DNA from: the human T2T-CHM13v2.0 reference genome, Homo sapiens
DNA: 64,000 bases
Assembly: GCF_009914755.1 (NCBI RefSeq)
Contig: NC_060935.1
Strand: one strand, 5' to 3'
Shown here: piece by piece, positions 13,701 to 27,727 of the stretch
Position numbering within the stretch: the first letter of the stretch is position 1
How the letters are laid out: each line of letters begins with the position of its first letter
Position numbers and translations under genes: made by a program
Notes under the pieces: model-generated
The model's database searches: none
What the model saw: only the letters and a program-made list of their open reading frames with translations
What the model was told of the DNA's origin: nothing

Positions 13701-15085
13701 CTTCACAGAAAAACTAAACAGAATCATTCTCAGAAACTGCTTTGTGATGTTTGTGTTCCACTTCAAGAATTGAACTTTCCTCTTGACAGAGCAGCTCTGA
13801 AACCCTCTTTTTCTAGAATCTGCAAGTGGACATTTGGAGGGCTTTGAGGTCTGTGGTGGAAAAGGAAAATCTTCACATAAAAACTAGATGGAAGCATTCT
13901 CAGAAACTACTTTGTGATGATTGCATTCGACTCACAGAGTTGAACATTCCTATAGATAGAGCAGGTTGTAAACAATCTTTTTGTAGAATCTGCGATTGGA
14001 GATTTGGACTGCTTTGAGGCCTACTGTAGTAAAGGAAATAACTTCATCTAAAAACCAAACGGAAGCATTCACAGACAATTCTTAGTGATCATTGCATTGA
14101 ACTAACAGAGCTGAACATTCCTTTAGATGGAGCAGTTTCCAAACACACTTTCTGTAGAATCTGCAAGTGGATATTTGGACTTCTCTGAGGATTTCGTTGG
14201 AAACGGGATAAACTTCCCAGAACTACACGGAAGCATTGTGAGAAACTTCTTTGTGATGTTTGCATTCAACTCACAGAGTTGAACCTTGCTTTCATAGTTC
14301 AGCTTTCAAACACTCTTTTTGTAGAATCTGCAAGTGGATATTTGGACCACTTTGTGGCCTTCCTTCGAAACGGGTATATCTTCACATCAAACCTAGACAG
14401 AAGCATTCTCAGAATGTTTCCTGTGAAGACTGCATTCAACTCACAGAGATGAACAATCCTGTTGATGGAGCACTTTGGAAACTCTCTTTCTTGGGATTCT
14501 GCAAGTTGATATGTGGACCTCTGTGAAGATTTCTTTGGAAACGTGTTCATCTTCACAGAAAAACTAAACAGAAGCATTCTCAAAAACTACTTTGTGATGT
14601 TTGTGTTCCACTTCAAGAATTGAACTTTCCTCTTGACAGAGCAGCTCTGAAAACCTCTTTTTCTAGAATCTGCAAGTGGACATTTGGAGGGCTTTGAGGC
14701 CTGTGGTGGAAAAGGAAAATCTTCACATAAAAACTAGATGGAAGCATTCTCAGAAACTACTTTGTGATGATTGCATTCGACTCACAGAGTTGAACATTCC
14801 TATAGATAGAGCAGGTTGTAAACAATCTTTTTGTAGAATCTGCGATTGGAGATTTGGACTGCTTTGAGGCCTACTGTAGTAGAGGAAATAACTTCATCTA
14901 AAAACCAAACGGAAGCATTCACAGACAATTCTTAGTGATCATTGCATTGAACTAACAGAGCTGAACATTCCTTTAGATGGCGCAGTTTCCAAACACACTT
15001 TCTGTAGAATCTGCAAGTGGATATTTGGACCTCTCTGAGGATTTCGTTAGAAACGGGATAAACTTCCCAGAACTACACGGAAGCA
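4730..15085 (+). repeat. Diverged block duplication: about 4730-9135 recurs at about 10680-15085 (offset 5950, 7 HORs)
   Basis: Same ordered rare variants in both copies: ACTACAGGG (4872/10822), AGAAAATGCG (U7/U14), TTCTACAAG, GATGGCTTTCG (U8/U15), GGACGTCT, GAGGTCTG (U10/U17) and the broken box at 8580/14530. Confidence 0.85.
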
Positions 15086-15714
15086 TTGTGAGAAACTTCT
15101 TTGTGATGTTTGCATTCAACTCACAGAGTTGAAACTTGCTTTCATAGTTCAGCTTTCAAACACTCTTTTTGTAGAATCTGCAAGTGGATATTTGGACCAC
15201 TTTTTGGGCTTCCTTCGAAACGGGTATATCTTCACATCAAACCTAGACAGAAACATTCTCAGAATGTTTCCTGTGATGACTGCATTCAACTCACAGAGGT
15301 GAACAATCCTGCTGATGGAGCAGTTTTGAAACTCTCTTTCTTTGGATTCTGCAAGTGGATATGTGGACCTCTGTGAAGATTTAGTTGGAAACGTGTTCAT
15401 CTTCACAGAAAAACTAAACAGGAGCATTCTCAGAAACTGCTTTGTGATGTTTGTGTTCCACTTCAAGAATTGAACTTTCCTCTTGACAGAGCAGCTCTGA
15501 AACCCTATTTTTCTAGAATATGCAAGTGGACATTTGGAGGGCTTTGAGGCCTGTGGTGGAAAAGGAAAATCTTCACATAAAAACTAGATGGAAGCATTCT
15601 CAGAAACTACTTTGTGATGATTGCATTCGACGCACAGAGTTGAACATTCCTATAGATAGAGCAGGTTGTAAACAATCTTTTTGTAGAATCTGCGATTGGA
15701 GATTTGGACTGCTA

Positions 15715-18700
15715 TGAGGCCTACTGTAGTAAAGGAAATAACTTCATCTAAAAACCAAACGGAAGCATTCACAGACAATTCTTAGTGATCATTGCATTGA
15801 ACTAACAGAGCTGAACATTCCTTTAGATGGAGCAGTTTCCAAACCCACTTTCTGTAGAATCTGCAAGTGGATATTTGGACTTCTCTGAGGATTTCGTTGG
15901 AAACGGGATAAAATTCCCAGAACTACACGGAAGCATTCTGAGAAACTTCTTTGTGATGTTTGCATTCAACTCACAGAGTTGAACCTTGCTTTCATAGTTC
16001 AGCTTTCAAACACTCTTTTTGTACAATCTGCAAGTGGATATGTGGACCACTTTGTGGCCTTCCTTCGAAACGGGTATATCTTCATATCAAACCTAGACAG
16101 AAGCATTCTCAGAATGTTTCCTGTGATGACTGCATTCAACTCACAGAGGTGAACAATCCTGCTGATGGAGCAGTTTTGAAACTCTCTTTCTTTGGATTCT
16201 GCAAGTGGATATGTGGACCTCTGTGAAGATTTCGTTGGAAACGGGTTCATCTTCACAGAAAAACTAAACAGGAGCATTCTCAGAAACTGCTTTGTGATGT
16301 TTGTGTTCCACTTCAGGAATTGAACTTTCCTCTTGACAGAGCAGCTCTGAAACCCTCTTTTTCTAGAATCTGCAAGTGGACATTTGGAGGGCTTTGAGGC
16401 CTGTGGTGGAAAAGGAAAATCTTCACATAAAAACTAGATGGAAGCATTCTCAGAAACTACTTTGTGATGATTGCATTCGACTCACAGAGTTGAACATTCC
16501 TATAGATAGAGCAGGTTGTAAACAATCTTTTTGTAGAATCTGCGATTGGAGATTTGGACTGCTTTGAGGCCTACTGTAGTAGAGGAAATAACTTCATCTA
16601 AAAACCAAACGGAAGCATTCACAGACAATTCTTAGTGATCATTGCATTGAACTAACAGAGCTGAACATTCCTTTAGATGGAGCAGTTTCCAAACACACTT
16701 TCTGTAGAATCTGCAAGTGGATATTTGGACTTCTCTGAGGATTTCGTTAGAAACGGGATAAACTTCCCAGAACTACACGGAAGCATTCTGAGAAACTTCT
16801 TTGTGATGTTTGCATTCAACTCACAGAGTTGAACCTTGCTTTCATAGTTCAGCTTTCAAACACTCTTTTTGTAGAATCTGCAAGTGGATATTTGGACCAC
16901 TTTGTGGCCTTCCTTCGAAACGGGTATATCTTCACATCAAACCTAGACAGAAGCATTCTCAGAATGTTTCCTGTAATGACTGCATTCAACTCACAGAGGT
17001 GAACAATCCTGTTGATGGAGCAGTTTTGAAACTCTCTTTCTTTGGATTCTGCAAGTTGATATGTGGACCTCTGTGAAGATTTCGTTGGAAACGGGTTCAT
17101 CTTCACAGAAAAACTAAACAGAATCATTCTCAGAAACTGCTTTGTGATGTTTGTGTTCCACTTCAAGAATTGAACTTTCCTCTTGACAGAGCAGCTCTGA
17201 AACCCTCTTTTTCTAGAATCTGCAAGTGGACATTTGGAGGGCTTTGAGGCCTGTGGTGGAAAAGGAAAATCTTCACATAAAAACTAGATGGAAGCATTCT
17301 CAGAAACTACTTTGTGATGATTGCATTCGACTCACAGAGTTGAACATTCCTATAGATAGAGCAGGTTGTAAACAATCTTTTTGTAGAATCTGCGATTGGA
17401 GATTTGGACTGCTTTGAGGCCTACTGTAGTAAAGGAAATAACTTCATCTAAAAACCAAACGGAAGCATTCACAGACAATTCTTAGTGATCATTGCATTGA
17501 ACTAACAGAGCTGAACATTCCTTTAGATGGAGCAGTTTCCAAACACACTTTCTGTAGAATCTGCAAGTGGATATTTGGACTTCTCTGAGGATTTCGTTGG
17601 AAACGGGATAAACTTCCCAGAACTACACGGAAGCATTGTGAGAAACTTCTTTGTGATGTTTGCATTCAACTCACAGAGTTGAACCTTGCTTTCATAGTTC
17701 AGCTTTCAAACACTCTTTTTGTAGAATCTGCAAGTGCATATTTGGACCACTTTGTGTCCTTCCTTCGAAACGGGTATATCTTCACATCAAACCTAGACAG
17801 AAGCATTCTCAGAATGTTTCCTGTGAAGACTGCATTCAACTCACAGAGATGAACAATCCTGTTGATGGAGCACTTTGGAAACTCTCTTTCTTGGGATTCT
17901 GCAAGTTGATATGTGGACCTCTCTGAAGATTTCTTTGGAAACGTGTTCATCTTCACAGAAAAACTAAACAGAAGCATTCTCAAAAACTACTTTGTGATGT
18001 TTGTGTTCCACTTCAAGAATTGAACTTTCCTCTTGACAGAGCAGCTCTGAAAACCTCTTTTTCTAGAATCTGCAAGTGGACATTTGGAGGGCTTTGAGGC
18101 CTGTGGTGGAAAAGGAAAATCTTCACATAAAAACTAGATGGAAGCATTCTCAGAAACTACTTTGTGATGATTGCATTCGACTCACAGAGTTGAACATTCC
18201 TATAGATAGAGCAGGTTGTAAACAATCTTTTTGTGGAATCTGCGATTGGAGATTTGGACTGCTTTGAGGCCTACTGTAGTAGAGGAAATAACTTCATCTA
18301 AAAACCAAACGGAAGCATTCACAGACAATTCTTAGTGATCATTGCATTGAACTAACAGAGCTGAACATTCCTTTAGATGGCGCAGTTTCCAAACACACTT
18401 TCTGTAGAATCTGCAAGTGGATATTTGGACCTCTCTGAGGATTTCGTTAGAAACGGGATAAACTTCCCAGAACTACACGGAAGCATGCTGAGAAACTTCT
18501 TTGTGATGTTTGCATTCAACTCACAGAGTTGAACCTTGCTTTCATAGTTCAGCTTTCAAACACTCTTTTTGTAGAATCTGCAAGTGGATATTTGGACCAC
18601 TTTGTGGCCTTCCTTCGAAACGGGTATATCTTCACATCAAACCTAGACAGAAACATTCTCAGAATGTTTCCTGTGATGACTGCATTCAACTCACAGAGGT

Positions 18701-21700
18701 GAACAATCCTGCTGATGGAGCAGTTTTGAAACTCTCTTTCTTTGGATTCTGCAAGTGGATATGTGGACCTCTGTGAAGATTTCGTTGGAAACGGGTTCAT
18801 CTTCACAGAAAAACTAAACAGGAGCATTCTCAGAAACTGCTTTGTGATGTTTGTGTTCCACTTCAAGAATTGAACTTTCCTCTTGACAGAGCAGCTCTGA
18901 AACCCTATTTTTCTAGAATATGCAAGTGGACATTTGGAGGGCTTTGAGGCCTGTGGTGGAAAAGGAAAATCTTCACATAAAAACTAGATGGAAGCATTCT
19001 CAGAAACTACTTTGTGATGATTGCATTCGACTCACAGAGTTGAACATTCCTATAGATAGAGCAGGTTGTAAACAATCTTTTTCTAGAATCTGCTATTGGA
19101 GATTTGGACTCCTTTGAGGCCTACTGTAGTAAAGGAAATAACTTCATCTAAAAACCAAACGGAAGCATTCACAGACAATTCTCAGGATCATTGGATTGAA
19201 CTAACAGAGCTGAACATTCCTTTAGATGGAGCAGTTTCCAAACACACTTTCTGTAGAATCTGCAAGTGGATATTTGGACTTCTCTGAGAATTTCGTTGGA
19301 AAAGGGATAAACTTCCCAGAACTACACGGAAGCATTGTGAGAAACTTCTTTGTGATGTTTGCATTCAACTCACAGAGTTGAACCTTGCTTTCATAGTTCA
19401 GCTTTCAAACACTCTTTTTGTAGAATCTGCAAGTGGATATTTGGACCACTTTGTGGCCTTCCTTCGAAACGGGTATATCTTCACATCAAACCTAGACAGA
19501 AGCATTCTCAGAATGTTTCCTGTGATGACTGCATTCAACTCACAGAGGTGAACAATCCTGCTGATGGAGCAGTTTTGAAACTCTCTTTCTTTGGATTCTG
19601 CAAGTGGATATGTTGACCTCTGTGAAGATTTCGTTGGAAACGGGTTCATCTTCACAGAAAAACTAAACAGGAGCATTCTCAGAAACTGCTTTGTGATGTT
19701 TGTGTTCCACTTCAAGAATTGAACTTTCCTCTTGACAGAGCAGCTCTGAAACCCTCTTTTTCTAGAATCTGCAAGTGGACATTTGGAAGGATTTGAGGCC
19801 TGTGGTGGAAAAGGAAAATCTTCACATAAAAACTAGATGGAAGCATTCTCAGAAACTACTTTGTGATGATTGCATTCGACTCACAGAGTTGAACATTCCT
19901 ATAGATAGAGCAGGTTGTAAACAATCTTTTTGTAGAATCTGCGATTGGAGATTTGGACTGCTTTGAGGCCTACTGTAGTAAAGGAAATAACTTCATCTAA
20001 AAACCAAACGGAAGCATTTACAGACAATTCTTAGTGATCATTGGATTGAACTAACAGAGCTGAACATTCCTTTAGATGGAGCAGTTTCCAAACCCACTTT
20101 CTGTAGAATCTGCAAGTGGATATTTGGACTTCTCTGAGGATTTCGTTGGAAACGGGATAAACTTCCCAGAACTACAGGGAAGCATTGTGAGAAACTTCTT
20201 TGTGATGTTTGCATTCAACTCACAGAGTTGAACCTTGCTTTCATAGTTCAGCTTTCAAACACTCTTTTTGTAGAATCTGCAAGTGGATATTTGGACCACT
20301 TTGTGGCCTTCCTTCGAAACGGGTATATCTTCACATCAAACCTAGACAGAAGCATTCTCAGAATGTTTCCTGTGATGACTGCATTCAACTCACAGAGGTG
20401 AACAATCCTGTTGATGGAGCACTTTTGAAACTCTCTTTCTTTGGATTCTGCAAGTTGATATGTGGACCTCTGTGAAGATTTCGTTGGAAACGGGTTCATC
20501 TTCACAGAAAAACTAAACAGAAGCATTCTCAGAAACTACTTTGTGATGTTTGTGTTCCACTTCAAGAATTGAACTTTCCTCTTGACAGAGCAGCTCTGAA
20601 ACCCTCTTTTTCTAGAATCTGCAAGTGGACATTTGGAGGGCTTTGAGGCCTGTGGTGGAAAAGGAAAATCTTCACATAAAAACTAGATGGAAGCATTCTC
20701 AGAAACTACTTTGTGATGATTGCATTCGTCTCACAGAGTTGAACATTCCTATAGATAGAGCAGGTTGTAAACAATCTTTTTGTAGAATCTGCGATTGGAG
20801 ATTTGGACTGCTTGGAGGCCTACTGTAGTAAAGTAAATAACTTCATCTAAAAACCAAACGGAAGCATTCACAGACAATTCTTAGTGATCATTGCATTGAA
20901 CTAACAGAGCTGAACATTCCTTTAGATGGCGCAGTTTCCAAACACACTTTCTGTAGAATCTGCAAGTGGATATTTGGACCTCTCTGAGGATTTCGTTGGA
21001 AACCGGATAAACTTCCCAGAACTACACGGAAGCACTGTGAGAAAATTCTTTGTGATGTTTGCATTCAACTCACAGAGTTGAACCTTGCTTTCATAGTTCA
21101 GCTTTCAAACACTCTTTTTGTAGAATCTGCAAGTGGATATTTGGACCACTTTGTGGCCTTCCTTCGAAACGGGTATATCTTCCCATCAAACCTAGACAGA
21201 AGCATTCTCAGAATGTTTCCTGTGATGACTGCATTCAACTCACAGAGGTGAACAATCCTGTTGATGGAGCACTTTTGAAACTCTCTTTCTTTGGATTCTG
21301 CAAGTTGATATGTGGACCTCTGTGAAGATTTCGTTGGAAACGGGTTCATCTTCACAGAAAAACTAAACAGAAGCATTCTCAGAAACTACTATGTGATGTT
21401 TGTGTTCCACTTCAAGAATTGAACTTTCCTCTTGACAGAGCAGCTCTGAAACCCTCTTTTTCTAGAATCTGCAAGTGAACATTTGGAGGCCTTTGAGGCC
21501 TGTGGTGGAAAAGGAAAATCTTCACATAAAAACTAGATGGAAGCATTCTCAGAAACTACTTTGTGATGATTGCATTCGACTCACAGAGTTGAACATTCCT
21601 ATAGATAGAGCAGGTTGTAAACAATCTTTTTGTAGAATCTGCGATTGGAGATTTGGACTGCTTTGAGGCCTACTGTAGTAAAGGAAATAACTTCATCTAA

Positions 21701-24700
21701 AAACCAAACGGAAGCATTCACAGACAATTCTTAGTGATCATTGCATTGAACTAACAGAGCTGAACATTCCTTTAGATGGAGCAGTTTCCAAACCCACTTT
21801 CTGTAGAATCTGCAAGTGGATATTTGGACTTCTCTGAGGATTTCGTTGGAAACGGGATAAAATTCCCAGAACTACACGGAAGCATTCTGAGAAACTTCTT
21901 TGTGATGTTTGCATTCAACTCACAGAGTTGAACCTTGCTTTCATAGTTCAGCTTTCAAACACTCTTTTTGTACAATCTGCAAGTGGATATGTGGACCACT
22001 TTGTGGCCTTCCTTCGAAACGGGTATATCTTCATATCAAACCTAGACAGAAGCATTCTCAGAATGTTTCCTGTGATGACTGCATTCAACTCACAGAGGTG
22101 AACAATCCTGCTGATGGAGCAGTTTTGAAACTCTCTTTCTTTGGATTCTGCAAGTGGATATGTGGACCTCTGTGAAGATTTCGTTGGAAACGGGTTCATC
22201 TTCACAGAAAAACTAAACAGGAGCATTCTCAGAAACTGCTTTGTGATGTTTGTGTTCCACTTCAGGAATTGAACTTTCCTCTTGACAGAGCAGCTCTGAA
22301 ACCCTCTTTTTCTAGAATCTGCAAGTGGACATTTGGAGGGCTTTGAGGCCTGTGGTGGAAAAGGAAAATCTTCACATAAAAACTAGATGGAAGCATTCTC
22401 AGAAACTACTTTGTGATGATTGCATTCGACTCACAGAGTTGAACATTCCTATAGATAGAGCAGGTTGTAAACAATCTTTTTGTAGAATCTGCGATTGGAG
22501 ATTTGGACTGCTTTGAGGCCTACTGTAGTAGAGGAAATAACTTCATCTAAAAACCAAACGGAAGCATTCACAGACAATTCTTAGTGATCATTGCATTGAA
22601 CTAACAGAGCTGAACATTCCTTTAGATGGAGCAGTTTCCAAACACACTTTCTGTAGAATCTGCAAGTGGATATTTGGACTTCTCTGAGGATTTCGTTAGA
22701 AACGGGATAAACTTCCCAGAACTACACGGAAGCATTCTGAGAAACTTCTTTGTGATGTTTGCATTCAACTCACAGAGTTGAACCTTGCTTTCATAGTTCA
22801 GCTTTCAAACACTCTTTTTGTAGAATCTGCAAGTGGATATTTGGACCACTTTGTGGCCTTCCTTCGAAACGGGTATATCTTCACATCAAACCTAGACAGA
22901 AGCATTCTCAGAATGTTTCCTGTAATGACTGCATTCAACTCACAGAGGTGAACAATCCTGTTGATGGAGCAGTTTTGAAACTCTCTTTCTTTGGATTCTG
23001 CAAGTTGATATGTGGACCTCTGTGAAGATTTCGTTGGAAACGGGTTCATCTTCACAGAAAAACTAAACAGAATCATTCTCAGAAACTGCTTTGTGATGTT
23101 TGTGTTCCACTTCAAGAATTGAACTTTCCTCTTGACAGAGCAGCTCTGAAACCCTCTTTTTCTAGAATCTGCAAGTGGACATTTGGAGGGCTTTGAGGCC
23201 TGTGGTGGAAAAGGAAAATCTTCACATAAAAACTAGATGGAAGCATTCTCAGAAACTACTTTGTGATGATTGCATTCGACTCACAGAGTTGAACATTCCT
23301 ATAGATAGAGCAGGTTGTAAACAATCTTTTTGTAGAATCTGCGATTGGAGATTTGGACTGCTTTGAGGCCTACTGTAGTAAAGGAAATAACTTCATCTAA
23401 AAACCAAACGGAAGCATTCACAGACAATTCTTAGTGATCATTGCATTGAACTAACAGAGCTGAACATTCCTTTAGATGGAGCAGTTTCCAAACACACTTT
23501 CTGTAGAATCTGCAAGTGGATATTTGGACTTCTCTGAGGATTTCGTTGGAAACGGGATAAACTTCCCAGAACTACACGGAAGCATTGTGAGAAACTTCTT
23601 TGTGATGTTTGCATTCAACTCACAGAGTTGAACCTTGCTTTCATAGTTCAGCTTTCAAACACTCTTTTTGTAGAATCTGCAAGTGCATATTTGGACCACT
23701 TTGTGTCCTTCCTTCGAAACGGGTATATCTTCACATCAAACCTAGACAGAAGCATTCTCAGAATGTTTCCTGTGAAGACTGCATTCAACTCACAGAGATG
23801 AACAATCCTGTTGATGGAGCACTTTGGAAACTCTCTTTCTTGGGATTCTGCAAGTTGATATGTGGACCTCTCTGAAGATTTCTTTGGAAACGTGTTCATC
23901 TTCACAGAAAAACTAAACAGAAGCATTCTCAAAAACTACTTTGTGATGTTTGTGTTCCACTTCAAGAATTGAACTTTCCTCTTGACAGAGCAGCTCTGAA
24001 AACCTCTTTTTCTAGAATCTGCAAGTGGACATTTGGAGGGCTTTGAGGCCTGTGGTGGAAAAGGAAAATCTTCACATAAAAACTAGATGGAAGCATTCTC
24101 AGAAACTACTTTGTGATGATTGCATTCGACTCACAGAGTTGAACATTCCTATAGATAGAGCAGGTTGTAAACAATCTTTTTGTGGAATCTGCGATTGGAG
24201 ATTTGGACTGCTTTGAGGCCTACTGTAGTAGAGGAAATAACTTCATCTAAAAACCAAACGGAAGCATTCACAGACAATTCTTAGTGATCATTGCATTGAA
24301 CTAACAGAGCTGAACATTCCTTTAGATGGCGCAGTTTCCAAACACACTTTCTGTAGAATCTGCAAGTGGATATTTGGACCTCTCTGAGGATTTCGTTAGA
24401 AACGGGATAAACTTCCCAGAACTACACGGAAGCATGCTGAGAAACTTCTTTGTGATGTTTGCATTCAACTCACAGAGTTGAACCTTGCTTTCATAGTTCA
24501 GCTTTCAAACACTCTTTTTGTAGAATCTGCAAGTGGATATTTGGACCACTTTGTGGCCTTCCTTCGAAACGGGTATATCTTCACATCAAACCTAGACAGA
24601 AACATTCTCAGAATGTTTCCTGTGATGACTGCATTCAACTCACAGAGGTGAACAATCCTGCTGATGGAGCAGTTTTGAAACTCTCTTTCTTTGGATTCTG

Positions 24701-27700
24701 CAAGTGGATATGTGGACCTCTGTGAAGATTTCGTTGGAAACGGGTTCATCTTCACAGAAAAACTAAACAGGAGCATTCTCAGAAACTGCTTTGTGATGTT
24801 TGTGTTCCACTTCAAGAATTGAACTTTCCTCTTGACAGAGCAGCTCTGAAACCCTATTTTTCTAGAATATGCAAGTGGACATTTGGAGGGCTTTGAGGCC
24901 TGTGGTGGAAAAGGAAAATCTTCACATAAAAACTAGATGGAAGCATTCTCAGAAACTACTTTGTGATGATTGCATTCGACTCACAGAGTTGAACATTCCT
25001 ATAGATAGAGCAGGTTGTAAACAATCTTTTTCTAGAATCTGCTATTGGAGATTTGGACTCCTTTGAGGCCTACTGTAGTAAAGGAAATAACTTCATCTAA
25101 AAACCAAACGGAAGCATTCACAGACAATTCTCAGGATCATTGGATTGAACTAACAGAGCTGAACATTCCTTTAGATGGAGCAGTTTCCAAACACACTTTC
25201 TGTAGAATCTGCAAGTGGATATTTGGACTTCTCTGAGAATTTCGTTGGAAAAGGGATAAACTTCCCAGAACTACACGGAAGCATTGTGAGAAACTTCTTT
25301 GTGATGTTTGCATTCAACTCACAGAGTTGAACCTTGCTTTCATAGTTCAGCTTTCAAACACTCTTTTTGTAGAATCTGCAAGTGGATATTTGGACCACTT
25401 TGTGGCCTTCCTTCGAAACGGGTATATCTTCACATCAAACCTAGACAGAAGCATTCTCAGAATGTTTCCTGTGATGACTGCATTCAACTCACAGAGGTGA
25501 ACAATCCTGCTGATGGAGCAGTTTTGAAACTCTCTTTCTTTGGATTCTGCAAGTGGATATGTTGACCTCTGTGAAGATTTCGTTGGAAACGGGTTCATCT
25601 TCACAGAAAAACTAAACAGGAGCATTCTCAGAAACTGCTTTGTGATGTTTGTGTTCCACTTCAAGAATTGAACTTTCCTCTTGACAGAGCAGCTCTGAAA
25701 CCCTCTTTTTCTAGAATCTGCAAGTGGACATTTGGAAGGATTTGAGGCCTGTGGTGGAAAAGGAAAATCTTCACATAAAAACTAGATGGAAGCATTCTCA
25801 GAAACTACTTTGTGATGATTGCATTCGACTCACAGAGTTGAACATTCCTATAGATAGAGCAGGTTGTAAACAATCTTTTTGTAGAATCTGCGATTGGAGA
25901 TTTGGACTGCTTTGAGGCCTACTGTAGTAAAGGAAATAACTTCATCTAAAAACCAAACGGAAGCATTTACAGACAATTCTTAGTGATCATTGGATTGAAC
26001 TAACAGAGCTGAACATTCCTTTAGATGGAGCAGTTTCCAAACCCACTTTCTGTAGAATCTGCAAGTGGATATTTGGACTTCTCTGAGGATTTCGTTGGAA
26101 ACGGGATAAACTTCCCAGAACTACAGGGAAGCATTGTGAGAAACTTCTTTGTGATGTTTGCATTCAACTCACAGAGTTGAACCTTGCTTTCATAGTTCAG
26201 CTTTCAAACACTCTTTTTGTAGAATCTGCAAGTGGATATTTGGACCACTTTGTGGCCTTCCTTCGAAACGGGTATATCTTCACATCAAACCTAGACAGAA
26301 GCATTCTCAGAATGTTTCCTGTGATGACTGCATTCAACTCACAGAGGTGAACAATCCTGTTGATGGAGCACTTTTGAAACTCTCTTTCTTTGGATTCTGC
26401 AAGTTGATATGTGGACCTCTGTGAAGATTTCGTTGGAAACGGGTTCATCTTCACAGAAAAACTAAACAGAAGCATTCTCAGAAACTACTTTGTGATGTTT
26501 GTGTTCCACTTCAAGAATTGAACTTTCCTCTTGACAGAGCAGCTCTGAAACCCTCTTTTTCTAGAATCTGCAAGTGGACATTTGGAGGGCTTTGAGGCCT
26601 GTGGTGGAAAAGGAAAATCTTCACATAAAAACTAGATGGAAGCATTCTCAGAAACTACTTTGTGATGATTGCATTCGTCTCACAGAGTTGAACATTCCTA
26701 TAGATAGAGCAGGTTGTAAACAATCTTTTTGTAGAATCTGCGATTGGAGATTTGGACTGCTTGGAGGCCTACTGTAGTAAAGTAAATAACTTCATCTAAA
26801 AACCAAACGGAAGCATTCACAGACAATTCTTAGTGATCATTGCATTGAACTAACAGAGCTGAACATTCCTTTAGATGGCGCAGTTTCCAAACACACTTTC
26901 TGTAGAATCTGCAAGTGGATATTTGGACCTCTCTGAGGATTTCGTTGGAAACCGGATAAACTTCCCAGAACTACACGGAAGCACTGTGAGAAAATTCTTT
27001 GTGATGTTTGCATTCAACTCACAGAGTTGAACCTTGCTTTCATAGTTCAGCTTTCAAACACTCTTTTTGTAGAATCTGCAAGTGGATATTTGGACCACTT
27101 TGTGGCCTTCCTTCGAAACGGGTATATCTTCCCATCAAACCTAGACAGAAGCATTCTCAGAATGTTTCCTGTGATGACTGCATTCAACTCACAGAGGTGA
27201 ACAATCCTGTTGATGGAGCACTTTTGAAACTCTCTTTCTTTGGATTCTGCAAGTTGATATGTGGACCTCTGTGAAGATTTCGTTGGAAACGGGTTCATCT
27301 TCACAGAAAAACTAAACAGAAGCATTCTCAGAAACTACTATGTGATGTTTGTGTTCCACTTCAAGAATTGAACTTTCCTCTTGACAGAGCAGCTCTGAAA
27401 CCCTCTTTTTCTAGAATCTGCAAGTGAACATTTGGAGGCCTTTGAGGCCTGTGGTGGAAAAGGAAAATCTTCACATAAAAACTAGATGGAAGCATTCTCA
27501 GAAACTACTTTGTGATGATTGCATTCGACTCACAGAGTTGAACATTCCTATAGATAGAGCAGGTTGTAAACAATCTTTTTGTAGAATCTGCGATTGGAGA
27601 TTTGGACTGCTTTGAGGCCTACTGTAGTAAAGGAAATAACTTCATCTAAAAACCAAACGGAAGCATTCACAGACAATTCTTAGTGATCATTGCATTGAAC

Positions 27701-27727
27701 TAACAGAGCTGAACATTCCTTTAGATG
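15715..27727 (+). repeat. Near-perfect tandem duplication of a 7-HOR block (period 5949 bp)
   Basis: The variant ORF translations at 15960..21475 repeat in order at 21909..27424 (each +5949), including one 849-bp unit per copy. Confidence 0.93.
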
